From NCBI GenBank assembly GCA_002434805.1, contig DJKW01000001.1, positions 87,985-148,151 on the forward strand: DNA of 60,167 nucleotides. The letters run 5' to 3'. Source of the DNA: Patescibacteria group bacterium UBA6532 (lineage in GTDB: Bacteria > Patescibacteriota > Minisyncoccia > Minisyncoccales > UBA6532). Position 1 is the first letter of the stretch; every line of letters starts with the position of its first letter. The notes below the pieces were generated by a model that worked only from the letters and a program-made list of their open reading frames with translations, searched no databases and was not told the origin of the DNA. The translations under genes were made by a program, and so were the position numbers. Shown piece after piece: positions 27,248-36,655 of this stretch.

Positions 27248-29268
27248 ATTTAGTTATTGTTGAAAGTCCAACTAAATCAAGAACCATTGGAAAATTCTTA
27301 GGACCTGATTTCAAAGTCTTATCTTCTTATGGCCATGTTCGCGATCTTCCCAAAGATGAATTGGGCGTGGATGTGGAGAAAGACTTTAAGCCAAAATATA
27401 TTATTATCTCCAAAGCCAAGAAAACAATTCAATCGTTAAAGAAAGAGGTTAAAGAAGCCAAGACAGTAATTTTAGCGACAGATGAGGACCGGGAAGGAGA
27501 AGCAATAGCTTTTCATCTTACCAAGGCTTTAGAATTAAAAAAACCTCAAAGAATCGTTTTTCATGAAATTACCAAATCAGCCATTGCTAAAGCTCTGGAA
27601 AACCCGAGAGAAATTAATATAAATTTGGTTGATGCCCAGCAAACAAGAAGAATCTTAGACAGAATTGTCGGCTACAAGCTTTCTCCTTTTTTATGGAAGA
27701 AAGTAGCTCGGAGGCTGTCTGCCGGCCGAGTCCAATCGGTAGCCGTCCGTCTGGTTGCAGAACGTGAGAAAGAAATCAAAGATTTTGTGCCAAAAGAATA
27801 CTGGAGCATTACAGCTTTCCTCCGCCAAGAAAAAGGAGGAGAATTTGAAGCAAGATTAACAAAAGAAAATGGGAAGGTTATTCTTAAATTAGGAATTAAT
27901 AATCAAAAAGAGGCAGACAAAATCATCAAAAACCTTGAAAAGGCAGAATATAAGATTGTAAACGTTGAAAAGAAAGAAATAAAGAGAAATCCTCTGCCTC
28001 CTTTTATGACCAGCACCTTGCAACAGGAAGCCTGGAAAAAATTACGATTTCCAGCAAGGTTTACAATGAGCGTAGCTCAAAACCTCTACGAAAGAGGACT
28101 TATTACCTATCATCGAACGGATTCTTTAAACATTGCCAACCAGGCTCTTTTAGATGCCAAGAAATTTATCAGCGATAATTACGGAGCAAAGCACTGGGCA
28201 GGATTTTTAAGAAAGTACAAAGCCAAAGGCAGGGCCCAGGAAGCTCACGAAGCTATTAGGCCCGCTTATTCTGAAAGCGCTCCAGATACGTTAAAATCCA
28301 AAGTTAAGCTCGATGACAACCAATACCGCCTCTATGACCTCATCTGGAGGAGATTTATTGCCTCTCAAATGGCTCAAGCCGTTTTTGATTCAACAATAAT
28401 TGATATTGAAGCTAAACAATATACTTTTAGAGCAAACGGGCAAATTATGAAATTTGACGGTTTTTTAAAAATCTATCCTTTAAAATATGAAGAAACCCAA
28501 TTGCCAAATCTTAAAACAGATGAGATTCTAAAACTTCAAAAATTAACTCCCCTTCAGCACTTTACCCAGCCCTCGCCCAGATTCACCGAAGCAACGCTGA
28601 TTAAGGCCTTGGAAGAAAATGGAATTGGCCGACCCTCTACTTATGCCACAATAATCTCTACTATCCAGCTCAGAAACTATATTGAAAAAAACGAAGAAAA
28701 GCGTTTTAAGCCGACCGAAATCGGCCAAGTGGTCAACGATCTTTTGGTTAAGCACTTTCCGAAGATTGTCGATATTAAGTTCACAGCTGAAATGGAGGAA
28801 GACTTGGATAAGATTGCCGAAGGACAAAAGAAATGGATTCCGATTATCAGAGAATTCTACGATCCCTTTGCTAAAAACCTGGAAAGAAAATACGAAGAAG
28901 TCTCCAAAAAAGATATAACGGAAAAGGAAACCAAAAAAACCTGTCCCAAATGCAAGGCTCCGCTTTTAATGAGGTTGGGAAAATTCGGCAGATTCTATGC
29001 ATGTTCTAAATTCCCAAAATGCAAATACACCGAATCGCTTCCAGAAAATATTTTAGGGATCAAATGCCCAAAATGCAAAAAAGGGCAAATCGTAGAAAAA
29101 AGAACCAGAAAGAATAAGCTGTTTTACGGCTGCAACCAGTATCCTGACTGCGACCGGGCTCTATGGGACAAGCCAACCGGAAAAACCTGTCCTAAATGCA
29201 AAGCTTTATTGGTAGAAAAGAGAAAAGGATTGCAATGCTCAAATAAAGAATGCGACTATAAAGAATAA
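27244..29268 (+). CDS. topA: DNA topoisomerase I
   Basis: LVIVESP, ATDEDREGE, SAGRVQS, ITYHRTDS, AHEAIRP, C-terminal zinc ribbons. Confidence 0.98.
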   Translation: MNLVIVESPTKSRTIGKFLGPDFKVLSSYGHVRDLPKDELGVDVEKDFKPKYIIISKAKKTIQSLKKEVKEAKTVILATDEDREGEAIAFHLTKALELKKPQRIVFHEITKSAIAKALENPREININLVDAQQTRRILDRIVGYKLSPFLWKKVARRLSAGRVQSVAVRLVAEREKEIKDFVPKEYWSITAFLRQEKGGEFEARLTKENGKVILKLGINNQKEADKIIKNLEKAEYKIVNVEKKEIKRNPLPPFMTSTLQQEAWKKLRFPARFTMSVAQNLYERGLITYHRTDSLNIANQALLDAKKFISDNYGAKHWAGFLRKYKAKGRAQEAHEAIRPAYSESAPDTLKSKVKLDDNQYRLYDLIWRRFIASQMAQAVFDSTIIDIEAKQYTFRANGQIMKFDGFLKIYPLKYEETQLPNLKTDEILKLQKLTPLQHFTQPSPRFTEATLIKALEENGIGRPSTYATIISTIQLRNYIEKNEEKRFKPTEIGQVVNDLLVKHFPKIVDIKFTAEMEEDLDKIAEGQKKWIPIIREFYDPFAKNLERKYEEVSKKDITEKETKKTCPKCKAPLLMRLGKFGRFYACSKFPKCKYTESLPENILGIKCPKCKKGQIVEKRTRKNKLFYGCNQYPDCDRALWDKPTGKTCPKCKALLVEKRKGLQCSNKECDYKE

Positions 29269-29271
29269 AAG

Positions 29272-29301
29272 AAAGCACTAGCATAAAAGCGGGTGCTTTT
29301 T
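29272..29301 (+). terminator. intrinsic terminator after topA
   Basis: AAAGCAC..GTGCTTT hairpin followed by a T run. Confidence 0.55.
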
Positions 29302-29368
29302 ATGATCTTTTCGTATTTTCAAAGCTATACCTCTTTACTTTTAGTAAAAAATATTATATTGTATTACT

Positions 29369-31555
29369 ATGTTTATGTCAAGAACAAACACCTTAAGCCA
29401 GCAGATCATAAAAAACAGTTCAGACCCCGACTTAATTAAAAGGGTTTTTGAATTTGCCAATAAAGGACATAAAGGCCAAAAGAGAATTTCTGGCGAATGC
29501 TACATCCTCCATCCTCTAAGAGTAGCTTTAACTCTAGAGGAAATGAAGCTGGATCCAAAGACAGTCTCGGCCGCCCTTCTCCACGATATTGTAGATGATA
29601 CTGATTTTTCCCTGGAAGATGTTGAAAAAGAATTCGGAAAAGAGATTACTTTTTTAGTTAATGGGGTGAGTAAGTTAGGAAAACTTCGCTATCCAAAAAC
29701 TGAGCTCGAAATTCCTTCAATTAAAGAAAGGGCTAAATGGCCCGTTGATTTGAGAGCGGAAAACCTGAGAAAAATGTTTTTTGCTATGGCCGAAGATATA
29801 AGAGTGGTATTGATAAAATTGGCTGACAGATTAGACAATATGAGAACTCTTAACTATCTTCCAAAACCCAAACAACAAAGGATTGCCTTGGAAACCTTGG
29901 AAATATTCGCTCCATTAGCCAATAGATTGGGTATGGCGGAAATTAAAGGAAAGTTAGAAGATTTAGCTTTTCCTTATCTTTACCCAAAAGAATACAAATG
30001 GCTTCAAGAACAAGTTAAAGAAAAATACGAAGAAAGAAAAAAATATCTAAATAAAGTAAAGCCTGTTTTGATTAAAATTTTAGCTAAAGAAGGAATAAAA
30101 CCCATTACAATTGACTTTAGGGCTAAGTACCAATGGAGCTTATATCAAAAGCTTTTGCGCCATGACATGGATTTGGAAAAAATCTATGACTTGGTTGCTT
30201 TAAGGGTAATCTTTAAGGATATTGAAACCTGTTATCGGGCCTTGGGAATAATGCATAAATCTTGGAAGCCTCTTCATGGCAGAATAAAAGATTATATCTC
30301 TTTGCCAAAGCCTACAGGCTATCAGAGCCTTCATACAACCTGCTTTTGCCTTGAAGGAAAAATAACCGAGATTCAGATAAGGACACCGGAGATGCACGAA
30401 GAGGCAGAACACGGAATTGCAAGCCATTGGGCAAAAAAAGAAGGTCTCGACTTTAAGACCCAAAGAAGGAAATTCGCCTGGGTAAGCCAGTTAAGAGATT
30501 GGCAAAAAGGAATTTCCAATTCAAAAGAATTCTTAGAAGGGCTGAAAATTGATTTTTTTAAAGATCGGATTTTCGTTTTTACGCCAAAAGGAGACGTTAT
30601 TGACCTTCCTGATGGAGCCACTCCCGTAGACTTTGCTTATGCTGTTCATACTGATATTGGCAACAGGTGTGCGGGAGCTAAGATTAATGGAAAAATGACC
30701 TCTCTTTCCCAATCCCTAAAGAATGGAGACTTGGTTGAAATTATCACAGCCAAGAACAAAATGCCATCCCGAGACTGGCTGGAGTTTGTAAAAACAAGTA
30801 TGGCACGTTCTCGAGTTAGAGAGTGGCTCAAAAAAGAGTCTCGACCGGCAAACTTCAGTCGAGGAATGGAATTATTGAATCGAGAACTCCAACAAATTCA
30901 AGGCACTTCCCTTGATAATGTCTCCAAATCAAAAAAAGAGAAACTTCTAAAAGTCTTTCCTTATAAAGATATAAGAAGTTTGGTAATAGCAGTGGGAGAA
31001 GGTGAAATTAGGCCCAGAGAAATCCTCAAGATTTTACTTAAAGAAGAAGAAATTCTTTTCTCTAGAACTAAAAAGCCTAAAGCCCAAGTTAAGTTAGACA
31101 AAAAGCTGGCAGGAGTTGCTTTGGCTGGAAAAACTGGAATTTTAATAAATTTAGGTAAATGCTGTCTTCCCAAAATCAATGATAAAATCCAAGCTTATAT
31201 TACCCTAAATCAAGGGGCTACCGTCCATCGAAGCGATTGTGATAACTTAAAAAGAGCTAAGAAAAAGTGGCCGAGAAAAGTCATTGAAGCCTCTTGGTTG
31301 AAAGAAAAAGAAGCACCTTACCAGATAAATCTTGAAATAACAGCTAAAGACCGGGTTGGCCTCTTAAAAGATGTTTCTTTTACTATCAGTACAATGAAGG
31401 TTAATATTCTTGAGTTCCATGCTGAATTCCTGCCATCGGGAAAATCCGTACTCATTGCAATAGAGGTTGAGATTTCCGGTTTAGAGGAATTGAAAAAACT
31501 CTTCAGCCAAATAAAAGAAATCAAAGGGGTATTGGAAGTTAAGAAAATTTCTTAA
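29369..31555 (+). CDS. relA: long RelA/SpoT homolog (HD-SYNTH-TGS-ZFD-ACT)
   Basis: YILHP, LLHD, KLADR, GYQSLHT, EIQIRT, VFTPKGD, DFAYAVHT, KCC.P, DRVGLL. Confidence 0.95.
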   Translation: MFMSRTNTLSQQIIKNSSDPDLIKRVFEFANKGHKGQKRISGECYILHPLRVALTLEEMKLDPKTVSAALLHDIVDDTDFSLEDVEKEFGKEITFLVNGVSKLGKLRYPKTELEIPSIKERAKWPVDLRAENLRKMFFAMAEDIRVVLIKLADRLDNMRTLNYLPKPKQQRIALETLEIFAPLANRLGMAEIKGKLEDLAFPYLYPKEYKWLQEQVKEKYEERKKYLNKVKPVLIKILAKEGIKPITIDFRAKYQWSLYQKLLRHDMDLEKIYDLVALRVIFKDIETCYRALGIMHKSWKPLHGRIKDYISLPKPTGYQSLHTTCFCLEGKITEIQIRTPEMHEEAEHGIASHWAKKEGLDFKTQRRKFAWVSQLRDWQKGISNSKEFLEGLKIDFFKDRIFVFTPKGDVIDLPDGATPVDFAYAVHTDIGNRCAGAKINGKMTSLSQSLKNGDLVEIITAKNKMPSRDWLEFVKTSMARSRVREWLKKESRPANFSRGMELLNRELQQIQGTSLDNVSKSKKEKLLKVFPYKDIRSLVIAVGEGEIRPREILKILLKEEEILFSRTKKPKAQVKLDKKLAGVALAGKTGILINLGKCCLPKINDKIQAYITLNQGATVHRSDCDNLKRAKKKWPRKVIEASWLKEKEAPYQINLEITAKDRVGLLKDVSFTISTMKVNILEFHAEFLPSGKSVLIAIEVEISGLEELKKLFSQIKEIKGVLEVKKIS

Positions 31556-31570
31556 CCTAGTTTTATATTT

Positions 31571-31599
31571 TTGACCATTAAGTAAAAAATTGATAAAAT
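31571..31599 (+). promoter_or_regulatory. sigma70 promoter of tRNA-Leu
   Basis: TTGACC-17 nt-TAAAAT with extended TG. Confidence 0.7.
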
Positions 31600-31608
31600 T
31601 GAAATCGA

Positions 31609-31692
31609 GCCGCGGTGGTGGAACTGGTATACACGTGGGTCTCAAAAACCCATGGACTTTGGTCCTTGAGGGTTCGACTCCCTCCCGCGGCA
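31609..31692 (+). tRNA. tRNA-Leu(CAA)
   Basis: GCCGCGG acceptor, TGGGT-CTCAAAA-ACCCA anticodon arm, long variable arm GGAC..GTCC, TTCGACT. Confidence 0.95.
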
Positions 31693-31739
31693 CAAAAAAA
31701 GCGGCTGGGTGGACGTTTTTGTTTAGAACTAAACTTAGT

Positions 31740-32288
31740 TTAGTTTTGCTTGGTCTGTTTCTCTTCCTTTCTGATAAAAGCTCTGCCTCCCTGCCACTGG
31801 CCTTTGTAAAGATTGGTTTTTCCATCAACTCGAAAAAAAATCATATTAGCAATTCTCGCTCCCATTTCTATCTCAAAATTATTGCCAGCCAGATTAATTA
31901 AGTGAAATCTAAAGCTTCCTTTGTATCCCGGATCAACCCGAAAGCCAAGAACTAAAATTCCGTTAGCAAAAAATGTGCCGCGGGGTATAAAAACTCCAAA
32001 GAGGTTCTTTGGGGTATTTATTTTTTCTATTGTCTTTGCAATATAGAATTTTCCCGGATTTAATTTTATCTTCTTGCTTTTCCCTTTTCTGAATTTAGCA
32101 ACGAGCTTGTACTCTGGAGTTTTTCTGGTATTTTTATAAATAAAACCTTTTCCCTTTTTTATTTCGTAAATCTCACCTATTCTCAAATCTATGCCGCATC
32201 CTTCTATATTAATTTCTTTATCATCTAAACCCTCTATGAGGTTTTGTCTTTTTATTAACTCTAATAACTTATCTGTGCCCAAAATCAT
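31740..32288 (-). CDS. trimeric dUTPase/dCTP deaminase family protein
   Basis: IDLRIG, PRGT, VDPGYKG, GARIANMIF, YKGQWQG. Confidence 0.85.
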   Translation of the reverse strand: MILGTDKLLELIKRQNLIEGLDDKEINIEGCGIDLRIGEIYEIKKGKGFIYKNTRKTPEYKLVAKFRKGKSKKIKLNPGKFYIAKTIEKINTPKNLFGVFIPRGTFFANGILVLGFRVDPGYKGSFRFHLINLAGNNFEIEMGARIANMIFFRVDGKTNLYKGQWQGGRAFIRKEEKQTKQN

Positions 32289-32293
32289 AATCC

Positions 32294-32788
32294 TTACTCT
32301 AAAAACTGATATTTATTGACTAATTTTGTCTTAGACCACCATTCTCCAAGACCAAGAAAAGAACCGGGTTTTACCACTATGAAACCTATTATGATGATGG
32401 CGTAAATTACATGCTCATCCAAGAAAGGGTTGTGCTCTGGAGGTAAAAAGCCAGCCGTGTATATAAAAAACATTAACAATAGGCCTAAATACCCTCCCAG
32501 CCTTACTAAAATGCCCAAAGTGAGAGTAACTCCGACAAACAAAAGCCCCAGCATAAACAGCCAATCAACTAAAACATTGCCAGCAAGGCTTTGATATAAA
32601 AAAGCAAAAGGTCCCTGGGTAGCAAACTTTAAAAAGCCAAAGGTTGGAGAAGCTCCCGCCAACCAGGCATTATCGGGAGATGTAGCAAAACCTAACCCAA
32701 ATAATTTATCAAAAAAAGCCCATAAAAAAAGCCAGCCCATTGCCAGCCTTAATAAACCCCAGATATATTGTTCTTTATTGTATTTCAT
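32294..32788 (-). CDS. DoxX/DoxD-family membrane protein
   Basis: LLRLAMGWLFLWAFFDKLFG, four TM helices, GLGEWW. Confidence 0.85.
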   Translation of the reverse strand: MKYNKEQYIWGLLRLAMGWLFLWAFFDKLFGLGFATSPDNAWLAGASPTFGFLKFATQGPFAFLYQSLAGNVLVDWLFMLGLLFVGVTLTLGILVRLGGYLGLLLMFFIYTAGFLPPEHNPFLDEHVIYAIIIIGFIVVKPGSFLGLGEWWSKTKLVNKYQFLE

Positions 32789-32795
32789 AATATTT

Positions 32796-33389
32796 TTAAT
32801 ATTCGCGTTTAATTTTTATGCCGTTCTTTTCTTCAGCTAATTGATAAACCCATTCTAAAGGATTTGACTTCATTATTTTCTCGGCTAATTTCTTGGCAGA
32901 TTTGGTCTTTGGGACATATACTTTATGATTCTGCCATATTTTTCTATTTTTCTTATCTTTATAAAAATACTCTTGCTCAAGAATCATCTGATCTAAAACG
33001 TCAGCATCTTTAGCAATAATGGCTTCCTTACTTTTACGTTCTTCGTATTCTTCAAGGATTTTTAACATCTCTCTGGCAATAGGCAGTCCAACCATCTGAT
33101 CTTCTCTTGCTTCTTTTTCATGTAAATCAACATATATCTTGTTAATATAATTTGCGTCACCAGTCCTGGCTTCAACAATATCGTGGAATAAGCACATTTT
33201 TAAAACTTTATTTATATCGCACTTTTCGCTTTCAGCTAAAATCATACCAATAACGGCAACCCGAAAACTATGGTCAGAAATATTATCGCTGACTTCTTGA
33301 ATTACCTGACGATGAGACCTTGTTAGCCGTCTTAAGCTGGCAATCTCAAATAGAAAATTAACGATTTTATCTGTATTTATATTAGCCAT
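32796..33389 (-). CDS. HD-domain 5'-deoxynucleotidase-like protein (YfbR/HDDC2)
   Basis: SDHSFRV, LFHDIVEARTGD, AKDAD.LD. Confidence 0.88.
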   Translation of the reverse strand: MANINTDKIVNFLFEIASLRRLTRSHRQVIQEVSDNISDHSFRVAVIGMILAESEKCDINKVLKMCLFHDIVEARTGDANYINKIYVDLHEKEAREDQMVGLPIAREMLKILEEYEERKSKEAIIAKDADVLDQMILEQEYFYKDKKNRKIWQNHKVYVPKTKSAKKLAEKIMKSNPLEWVYQLAEEKNGIKIKREY

Positions 33390-33394
33390 AAAAA

Positions 33395-33808
33395 CTATAA
33401 CTCCTCTTCGGAAATAACCTTAATTCCGTTTCTTTTTAATAGGGCGGTTGTAATACCGTCTCCCTTGATTATTTTACCAGAAAAACTTCCGTCATAAATT
33501 TTTTCACATCCGCAAGAAGGACTCTTTTGTTTAAAAATTGCCTCTTTAATGCCAAACAATTTTGCTAACTTTAACACCTCTTTTGCCCCTTTTATAAAAT
33601 TTTCAGTAACATCATTTCCTGATTTTGTAAAAACCTTTGTTCCCTTACATTCTGCGGGTTCTCGAGGTATCGGTAAACCACCTAATTGCTCCGGGCAAAT
33701 CGGAATTAGAGTTTCCTTTTTGGATAAAGCGATAACCTTCCTATCTAGCTTGTCTTTGCCGTCATATCGAGATTTTATTCCCAATAGACAAGCGCTACAA
33801 AGCTTCAT
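33395..33808 (-). CDS. DUF523 / thiouracil desulfidase TudS-like Fe-S protein
   Basis: SACLLG..RYDG, CPEQLGGL.IPR, KSPSCG. Confidence 0.9.
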   Translation of the reverse strand: MKLCSACLLGIKSRYDGKDKLDRKVIALSKKETLIPICPEQLGGLPIPREPAECKGTKVFTKSGNDVTENFIKGAKEVLKLAKLFGIKEAIFKQKSPSCGCEKIYDGSFSGKIIKGDGITTALLKRNGIKVISEEEL

Positions 33809-33852
33809 AAAGGTATTATTTATATTATTATAATATAAAGACAGGGATAAAG

Positions 33853-34386
33853 CTAAAGCTTAAGCCATTTAAAATAGTCTGTCTGAAAATAAGCTTTTAA
33901 TACCAAAGTTCCAACTAAAACTCCGACAACAGCCCCGGCCACTATGTCCAAAGGCCAATGGATGCCCACAAAAACCCTGGAAATTGAGATCAAAAAACTG
34001 GCTAAAAAGAATAAAAGGCCGGCTTTTTTATTATAAAAATAAACAATGGTGCTCAAAGCAAAGAAAAAGGCAGCGTGGCCTGAAGGAAAAGACTGTTGGT
34101 CCACTTTATCTATTAATAAATTAACGTGGTTTTCAATAAATGGCCTTCCTCTGGGAAAAAAGAAGCGAATTAATTCAACCACCCCAAACCTGGCTAAAAT
34201 ACCTGAAAGCATTCCTAAAACAACCATCCTTAAATATTTTCTTTTATTGATTAATAACAATGAAAAGACGGCAGCTCCTAAGATATAGCTAAAATATTTA
34301 GCTAAAAAAATAGCAGTAGAATCCAACCAAAAATATTGTCCGGCCAGACCATTAATTTGTTGAAAAAGGTAAAAATCTAAATTCAT
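33853..34386 (-). CDS. PAP2 phosphatase (undecaprenyl-PP phosphatase BcrC-like)
   Basis: R.RPF, SFPSGH, SRVFVGIHWPLD. Confidence 0.92.
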   Translation of the reverse strand: MNLDFYLFQQINGLAGQYFWLDSTAIFLAKYFSYILGAAVFSLLLINKRKYLRMVVLGMLSGILARFGVVELIRFFFPRGRPFIENHVNLLIDKVDQQSFPSGHAAFFFALSTIVYFYNKKAGLLFFLASFLISISRVFVGIHWPLDIVAGAVVGVLVGTLVLKAYFQTDYFKWLKL

Positions 34387-34387
34387 T

Positions 34388-35578
34388 TTATTTCTTATCG
34401 GGTTTAGTTTGATCTCCTAAAAACATAAGGCCTAAAGATAATACGGCAGCAACCAAAAAGAAAGAGTTAATTTTTGGAAAAACTAAAAATACTCCGGCCA
34501 ATAAAAATAAGAAAAACATTCGGGAAATATTATGAATTATCTCTCGATAAATTATAAATTCATCTGCTTCCTCTTCTTTTGCCGCAGCAATATCATAAAA
34601 TGTAGAACTAAAGGGAATACCGGCTAAAGTCCGGGAAATCCTGTAAAGAGCATGAGTTAAAAAAGCGTCAAAAGGAGTTAAAACAAAATACTTCATTACC
34701 CAGGATATTGAAGTTAAAACAGATCCCGTCTTTAAAAGTCTCGATCGGAAAGCGCTGTCTGCAATCTTTCCGGCATAGAAAGAAAAAATTGCTGTTATCG
34801 CCAAAGAAAAAGAAATAATTCCACCAATTGTCCCGTATCCAATGGCCATGACAAACATAAACAACGGCCAAAGATAAGCATTTATTGATAACTCCAAACT
34901 ATTGGAAATCAAGGCTAAATCGTTTCTGAAGTTTATTTTTTTAAACATTCTTCCCCAGGCCTTGTGATAGGAATCTGTATAAAGTTCCTGATGGTCTTTG
35001 GAAAGAAAAAGAGGAATAGCTGATATTAAAAGGATTATTAAAACTATAGTAAACAAAACCGAATAACCAAAAACCGCTAAGACCGCACCCCCGATGATAG
35101 GGCTGAAGATGGTAGGGATTAAAACAGCAATATTTAATTTTCCAACCTGGAGACCTCGATGATCTTTCTTTGAAAAACGGGCAAAATCAATATGAAAAGC
35201 CGGCCAAAATAAAGTAAACCCAATACTTTTTAGTAAAATAGCTAAAGGAACAAAGAAAATGGAAATATTTATAAAAAACAAACTGAGATAATATCCAAAA
35301 ATGAAAAAGTTAGAAAAAAGCATGGCATGCCTTAAACCAATCTTAGATATTAATTTTCCACCAAAAACTACCAACAAGGCAAAAAGCCCGTGAATGGATC
35401 CAATAAATAAAAGGGTTAGAGGAATAGATCTTCCGAAATAAAGATAAATATAAATGGGTTCAAAAATCAAAACCATTCCCAAACCCAAGTAGCGAATAGC
35501 AATACTAGTGAAAAACTGGGTTGCTTCTCTTTTTAGGTAATAATGAATAAAGTTAATTGGTGAAAAATGAAATGGCAT
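34388..35578 (-). CDS. MFS transporter
   Basis: About 12 TM helices; GKLISKIG and GKIADS motif-A-like loops; SPIIGG. Confidence 0.85.
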   Translation of the reverse strand: MPFHFSPINFIHYYLKREATQFFTSIAIRYLGLGMVLIFEPIYIYLYFGRSIPLTLLFIGSIHGLFALLVVFGGKLISKIGLRHAMLFSNFFIFGYYLSLFFINISIFFVPLAILLKSIGFTLFWPAFHIDFARFSKKDHRGLQVGKLNIAVLIPTIFSPIIGGAVLAVFGYSVLFTIVLIILLISAIPLFLSKDHQELYTDSYHKAWGRMFKKINFRNDLALISNSLELSINAYLWPLFMFVMAIGYGTIGGIISFSLAITAIFSFYAGKIADSAFRSRLLKTGSVLTSISWVMKYFVLTPFDAFLTHALYRISRTLAGIPFSSTFYDIAAAKEEEADEFIIYREIIHNISRMFFLFLLAGVFLVFPKINSFFLVAAVLSLGLMFLGDQTKPDKK

Positions 35579-35642
35579 ATATTATTTCATTTTATCTTAA
35601 ATTAAGAAATTTAAAAAGGGCGATTAGTTGACTCTTTATAAT

Positions 35643-35666
35643 AAAAAAGGGTCTATGAAGACCCTT
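35643..35666 (-). terminator. intrinsic terminator ending the spc-secY-adk-map transcript
   Basis: AAGGGTCT-4 nt-AGACCCTT hairpin with a U tract on the minus strand. Confidence 0.65.
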
Positions 35667-35877
35667 AGGCATTTAATTGTACTTGGAGAATTACCACTCT
35701 TTTCTCCATAGTTTTTTTAATTTCTTCTAATGTTTGTATATTGTGAGCAAGGTCTGAGTATTCAGTTAAGCTCATTCGATGAGTTGGGTCAGCAGAACAC
35801 TGCCGGTAGCTGATATCTGTATGCATTTCTAGTTTCATATCTCCTCCGCAAACAGGACATTTATCTGTATTTTCCAA
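35665..35877 (-). CDS. small putative zinc-binding hypothetical protein
   Basis: CPVC..C-x5-H; purine-rich GAGGAAG upstream of a TTG start; fills the gap after map. Confidence 0.55.
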   Translation of the reverse strand: MENTDKCPVCGGDMKLEMHTDISYRQCSADPTHRMSLTEYSDLAHNIQTLEEIKKTMEKRVVILQVQLNA

Positions 35878-35905
35878 CTTCTTTCTTCCTCCTCTATCTT
35901 AGTTA

Positions 35906-36655
35906 TTACTCTAAACTTGTCAATATCTGGCAGCCGGTTTTGGTCACAGCTATTGTATGCTCAAAGTGGGCAGATAAAGAACCGTCTGCTGTCTCAAGAC
36001 CATAACCATCAGCGCTTTTCTTTATATTATAATCTCCGATCGCTACCATGGGCTCCAAACAAAAAACCATGCCTTCTTTGATTTCTTCCCCTTTGTGACG
36101 CTTCCCGAAATTTAAAATCTGGGGGTCTTCGTGAAGCTCTCTGCCAATTCCATGGCCGCAAAGACCTTGAATTACCTTAAACCCTTGAGATTCTATTGCT
36201 CTCTGAATGGTATTTCCAATATCACCCAAAGTATTGCCAGGCCTTGTCTTTTTTATCCCTCTTTTGAGAGCTTTTTTTGTTACCCGGATCAACCTTACAC
36301 TCTCTGGACTCACTTTTCCCACGGCTAAGGTTAATGCCATATCAGTATGGAATTTCTTGTATAAAATTCCCAAATCAAGAGAAATAATATCTCCATCTTT
36401 TAGTTGACTCTCAGAAGGAAGAGCGTGAACAACCCCTTCATTAATTGAAGTGCACAAACAAGCCGGATAACCTTTATAACCCTTAAAAGAACATTTAGCT
36501 CCAGACCTTAAAACAAGGCCTTCAGCGACCTTGTCTAATTCTTTGGTGGTCACTCCCGGCTTTACCATCTTTTCTAATTTTTGCATAACTTCAGCCAGAA
36601 TCTTACCACCTTCTTTTATTGTCTCTATTTCTTTTTTTGATTTTATACTGATCAT
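35906..36655 (-). CDS. map: methionine aminopeptidase type I
   Basis: SINEGVVH, DLG..TD, GHGIG.LHEDP, LEPM, AHFEHT. Confidence 0.97.
   Translation of the reverse strand: MISIKSKKEIETIKEGGKILAEVMQKLEKMVKPGVTTKELDKVAEGLVLRSGAKCSFKGYKGYPACLCTSINEGVVHALPSESQLKDGDIISLDLGILYKKFHTDMALTLAVGKVSPESVRLIRVTKKALKRGIKKTRPGNTLGDIGNTIQRAIESQGFKVIQGLCGHGIGRELHEDPQILNFGKRHKGEEIKEGMVFCLEPMVAIGDYNIKKSADGYGLETADGSLSAHFEHTIAVTKTGCQILTSLE

Noticed and set aside
31481..31901. ORFs spanning tRNA-Leu
   Set aside because: Fully explained by overlap with the tRNA and flanking genes.
31609..35877. Genomic island integrated at tRNA-Leu
   Set aside because: No integrase, and I saw no duplicated tRNA 3' end; the genes are ordinary metabolic or membrane genes.
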